Shown in pieces: positions 61,692-64,000 of a stretch of DNA of 64,000 bases. Both the position numbers and the translations under genes were made by a program. The stretch spans positions 11,894 to 75,893 of the forward strand of contig CAVZGU010000013.1 of assembly GCA_963774865.1 (NCBI GenBank), read 5' to 3'. Position 1 is the stretch's first letter; every line of letters starts with the position of its first letter. The stretch comes from an uncultured Gammaproteobacteria bacterium (lineage in GTDB: Bacteria; Pseudomonadota; Gammaproteobacteria; Steroidobacterales; Steroidobacteraceae). Under the pieces are notes generated by a model. It was not told where the DNA came from. It ran no database searches and was given only the letters and a program-made list of their open reading frames with translations.

Positions 61692-63131
61692 TTGGTTGGA
61701 CTCATTTTGCGCACGGGCCCCTACGGGCTCAGCGAGGAAGGGGCCAAAGCGTTGCTGGTCGCGTGGTCCGTCGGCGATGCGGTGGCGAGCGCCGCTTTCA
61801 CCCTGGGGGCGCCTGACATCCGCGCGATATTTTTCCTGCCGCTGGGCTTTTTGCTGCCCGGCCGGGTGATTGCCGCCAAGGTGCTGACGCTGCTGATCAC
61901 GGCGGGAGCGGGAGTCGCTCTGTATCGCTGGCGCCGCCGCGACGACCAGGTCGAAGCCGCATTGCTGGCGACCGGACTGCTGCTGATCGCACCGCTGAGC
62001 ATTGACAGCATAAACTCGCTATCCGCAGCGCCTTTTTTGCTTGCGATTTTCGGAGCGGCCGCCTGGCTGAACCGCATGCTGCTGGGCGAGCGCGCAACAT
62101 TCGGCGGCTCGTTCTTCGCCCAACTGCTTGCTTGTGCGGCTGCGGTCTCTTTGCATCCTGCGGGCATCGCTTATCCGGCAGTTCTCTTTGTCACCTGGTG
62201 GCGCCACCCGCCGGACCAGCGGCACCGCGGACATTTTTTGGCGGGCATTCCGCTGGTGGTGCTGCTCGTGCTGACGATGCGACTCGGCTGGAGCGGCATG
62301 GTCTGGTGGCAGAATCCGCTGCCCGCCGCCGCGGCCGTTTTTCTCGGCAGCCGCGCCGAGGATGCGCTGTCCAGCGTGGAGTGGCTCGGTGGCCTTGCGC
62401 TGATCGCCTTGACCGCGGCGGTGGCGCTGCACGAGGGCGGGCGCCTGCTGGCAGATCTGACCGGCGGCGCGCTGCTTCTCGGCGTGCTGTGCGGGGCCGT
62501 GGCCGCCGATCGAACCTGGGGGATGCTGATGCTTGCCCTGCTGCTCTACGGAGGGATGCCGTGGCTGCTGCGCTCGTGTGCGCCGCTCGCCGGGCGCGGC
62601 CTGCTCGTCGAGAGGGGATGGCTCTGGCTGCTGCTGCTGCTGATCTGTACCGCGTTCATGCGCAGGGACCGGAGCGACTATGAGGCGGGACACCGCCATC
62701 TCCTGTCCGCCGAGGACCAGTTGATCAGCGACTTTGCAGAAGGCCTAAGCAGTATTCGGAGCGGCAACGGCGCGGGACAGGGACATTCTGCGGCGCCGAT
62801 CCTCGTGGCGAGCTCGTGGCCCGCACGTACCTCGATCGCCTGTCGATGCGACGGACTGCCGCTGCCTCCGGCGGCGAAGGATCCGGAAAGCCAGCTGGCC
62901 ATGATGCGCGGCGTATCGTACGTGATACTTGCCGGCAACACGGACAATCTCGCCCTGGCGAGAAATTTTGCGCAGCTTGGGCAGCGGATCGAGGTCCTTT
63001 CCCGGCAGCCTGGCGGCGTCATCCTGCACTTCAGGGCGCCGGCAGCGCAGCCGCCGGTAGTGCAGCCGCCCGTAGTGCAGCCGCCGGTAGTGCAGCCGCT
63101 GGCAGTGCAGCCGACCGCAGTGCAGCTCTGA
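61692..63131 (+). CDS. Large polytopic membrane protein (>=9 TM) with a C-terminal periplasmic-type domain and a (QPPVV)n tail; GT-C/ArnT-like topology, function unknown
   Basis: Intact ORF in the same frame as, and immediately after, the upstream stop (61620-61622). The true start may be upstream of TTG 61692 (ATC/ATT/CTG codons only). Many Leu/Ala-rich helices, and charged loops (WWRHPPDQRHRGH). Confidence 0.5.
   Translation: MVGLILRTGPYGLSEEGAKALLVAWSVGDAVASAAFTLGAPDIRAIFFLPLGFLLPGRVIAAKVLTLLITAGAGVALYRWRRRDDQVEAALLATGLLLIAPLSIDSINSLSAAPFLLAIFGAAAWLNRMLLGERATFGGSFFAQLLACAAAVSLHPAGIAYPAVLFVTWWRHPPDQRHRGHFLAGIPLVVLLVLTMRLGWSGMVWWQNPLPAAAAVFLGSRAEDALSSVEWLGGLALIALTAAVALHEGGRLLADLTGGALLLGVLCGAVAADRTWGMLMLALLLYGGMPWLLRSCAPLAGRGLLVERGWLWLLLLLICTAFMRRDRSDYEAGHRHLLSAEDQLISDFAEGLSSIRSGNGAGQGHSAAPILVASSWPARTSIACRCDGLPLPPAAKDPESQLAMMRGVSYVILAGNTDNLALARNFAQLGQRIEVLSRQPGGVILHFRAPAAQPPVVQPPVVQPPVVQPLAVQPTAVQL
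63048..63122 (+). repeat. Five tandem 15-bp units (consensus CAGCCGCCGGTAGTG) encoding QPPVV QPPVV QPPVV QPLAV QPTAV
   Basis: Read directly. The units start at 63048, 63063, 63078, 63093 and 63108. The last two have diverged. Confidence 0.9.
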
Positions 63132-63205
63132 CGCGGCGGGTCTTTGCCCTGCATTCGCTGCCGTGCTAATGTTGGATGAGCGTATCGGGAATAGGAGCGA
63201 GCGAC

Positions 63206-63313
63206 ATGATGGACGTGGGTTATATGTTGATTCCGGTGGTGCTTTTCGTGGGCGGTATTTTGGTGTCTAGTGCTCTGTTCAAGCTCGCCATGACGCGGGT
63301 CGAGGAAAAATAG
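63206..63313 (+). CDS. 35-aa single-TM micro-protein
   Basis: ATG at 63206 has AGGAG 8 nt upstream. Translation MMDVGYMLIPVVLFVGGILVSSALFKLAMTRVEEK. It is below the ORF-track cut-off. It recalls the small CcoQ/CcoS-type peptides of oxidase operons by size and topology only. Confidence 0.45.
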   Translation: MMDVGYMLIPVVLFVGGILVSSALFKLAMTRVEEK

Positions 63314-63342
63314 GCAAGCGCTAACCGCTGTCGAATCGTCCG

Positions 63343-63370
63343 CCGCGGTTCTCAGGCTGCTGAACCGCGG
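63343..63370 (+). other. Stem-loop CCGCGGTTC-N10-GAACCGCGG (9-bp stem), followed by a second hairpin CCGGCC-gta-GGCCGG at 63393-63407
   Basis: Read directly in the 118-bp spacer between the micro-ORF and paralogue 2. There is no U-tract, so this is not a canonical intrinsic terminator. Confidence 0.3.
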
Positions 63371-63431
63371 TAAGCGTGGGGTTCTTAGGATACCGGCCGT
63401 AGGCCGGGGGAATCCGACGATTTTCATATCT

Positions 63432-63968
63432 ATGTCCAATGTAACTCCGGCCGATGGCACCTTCCATCGCAGCTTGATCAAATTCTTGGCTGTCTCCGCG
63501 CTCTCGCTGCTCATCGGTACGATTCACGGCATGCTGCAGGTCCTGCCGCCGATCAGGGCCTGGCTCGACTCGATTGGCAGCCCCTATGGTGGACCGGGGC
63601 ACATGATCGATCCGCTGGCCCATGCCCACATCAATCTCGTCGGTGGCGTCGTCATGTTGGTCATGGGCGTCACCTACTACCTCCTGCCGATTCTCAGCGG
63701 ACGGTCCATCTACTCCGTGCGGCTGGTACAGCACTCCTTCTGGTTGATGACGGTGGGGGTTTTCAGCTTTTATGCCGTGCAGATGCTATTCGGCGTTTGG
63801 GAGGGACACTTGATGTTCCGCGATCCCGCGGCGTGGCACGCCGTCCACCATTGGTACGGTCGGTTGGTTGCAGTCGCAGCGACGGTCATGGCAGCCGGAT
63901 TCGTGGCCTACTTCGCCAACGTCGCGCTCACCATGCTGTCCCGCGCCCCTGCCGATGCGGCAGGTTGA
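63432..63968 (+). CDS. 4-TM membrane protein resembling one third of a cbb3-type haem-copper oxidase subunit I (paralogue 2)
   Basis: Intact 178-aa ORF with four hydrophobic helices. Core LAHAHINLVGGVVMLVMGVTYYLLPILSGRSIYSVRLVQHSFW (63615-63743) is 24/43 identical to paralogue 1. Confidence 0.6.
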   Translation: MSNVTPADGTFHRSLIKFLAVSALSLLIGTIHGMLQVLPPIRAWLDSIGSPYGGPGHMIDPLAHAHINLVGGVVMLVMGVTYYLLPILSGRSIYSVRLVQHSFWLMTVGVFSFYAVQMLFGVWEGHLMFRDPAAWHAVHHWYGRLVAVAATVMAAGFVAYFANVALTMLSRAPADAAG

Positions 63969-64000
63969 ACAGCGAGCGGAATCCGCAGCACCGTCTCGGT

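Overview
High-GC (roughly 68-70%) proteobacterial-type chromosomal DNA, densely coding on both strands. No rRNA, tRNA, CRISPR array, transposase or integrase was recognised. Content in order. (1) 1-8.3 kb: partial TonB-dependent receptor, Rieske oxygenase, quinohaemoprotein PQQ alcohol dehydrogenase, a Pro/Tyr-rich secreted protein, TetR plus S1/P1 nuclease, and a small-ORF/nucleotidyltransferase pair. (2) 8.3-18.5 kb: a complete MttB-family corrinoid-dependent methyltransferase / methyl-H4folate operon (hydantoinase-like, MttB, corrinoid protein, DUF1638, small 'virulence factor' family protein, MTHFR C-terminal domain protein, MetF-like, pterin-binding methyltransferase, RACo-like activase). 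It can only be read by repeated frame-hopping. (3) 18.5-23.6 kb: a secreted 11-mer-repeat protein, a ParB/Srx-like protein, a GT9 glycosyltransferase, a lipoprotein, a quinone oxidoreductase and a second MttB paralogue. (4) 23.8-30.7 kb: a cobQ(broken)-btuD-btuC-btuF operon and btuB, transcribed divergently from a spacer holding two back-to-back cobalamin riboswitches. (5) 31-36.5 kb: a third MttB paralogue, GST, FAD-linked oxidase and a GMC (choline-dehydrogenase-like) oxidoreductase. (6) 36.5-43.4 kb: a neutral-lipid island (phasin-patatin-unknown operon, WS/DGAT divergent from a two-domain fatty acyl-CoA reductase). (7) 44.4-50.3 kb: an RND efflux operon riddled with frameshifts. (8) 50.7-58.2 kb: a Calvin-cycle operon (rpe, fbp, prk, tkt, fba, cbbY) with no RuBisCO genes and only remnants of cbbR and cbbX. 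(9) 58.2-64 kb: the most unusual part. It holds c-type cytochromes, a TlpA-like thiol-redox lipoprotein, a large polytopic membrane protein, two micro-ORFs and two paralogous 4-TM proteins. The conserved core of those two proteins resembles one third of a cbb3-type haem-copper oxidase subunit I. The second main observation is that apparent frameshifts are concentrated in three gene-delimited zones (8.4-18.0 kb, cobQ, RND operon). Kilobases of neighbouring genes are intact. All calls come from reading the translations and motifs by eye. No database search was run, and family assignments rest on remembered motifs.
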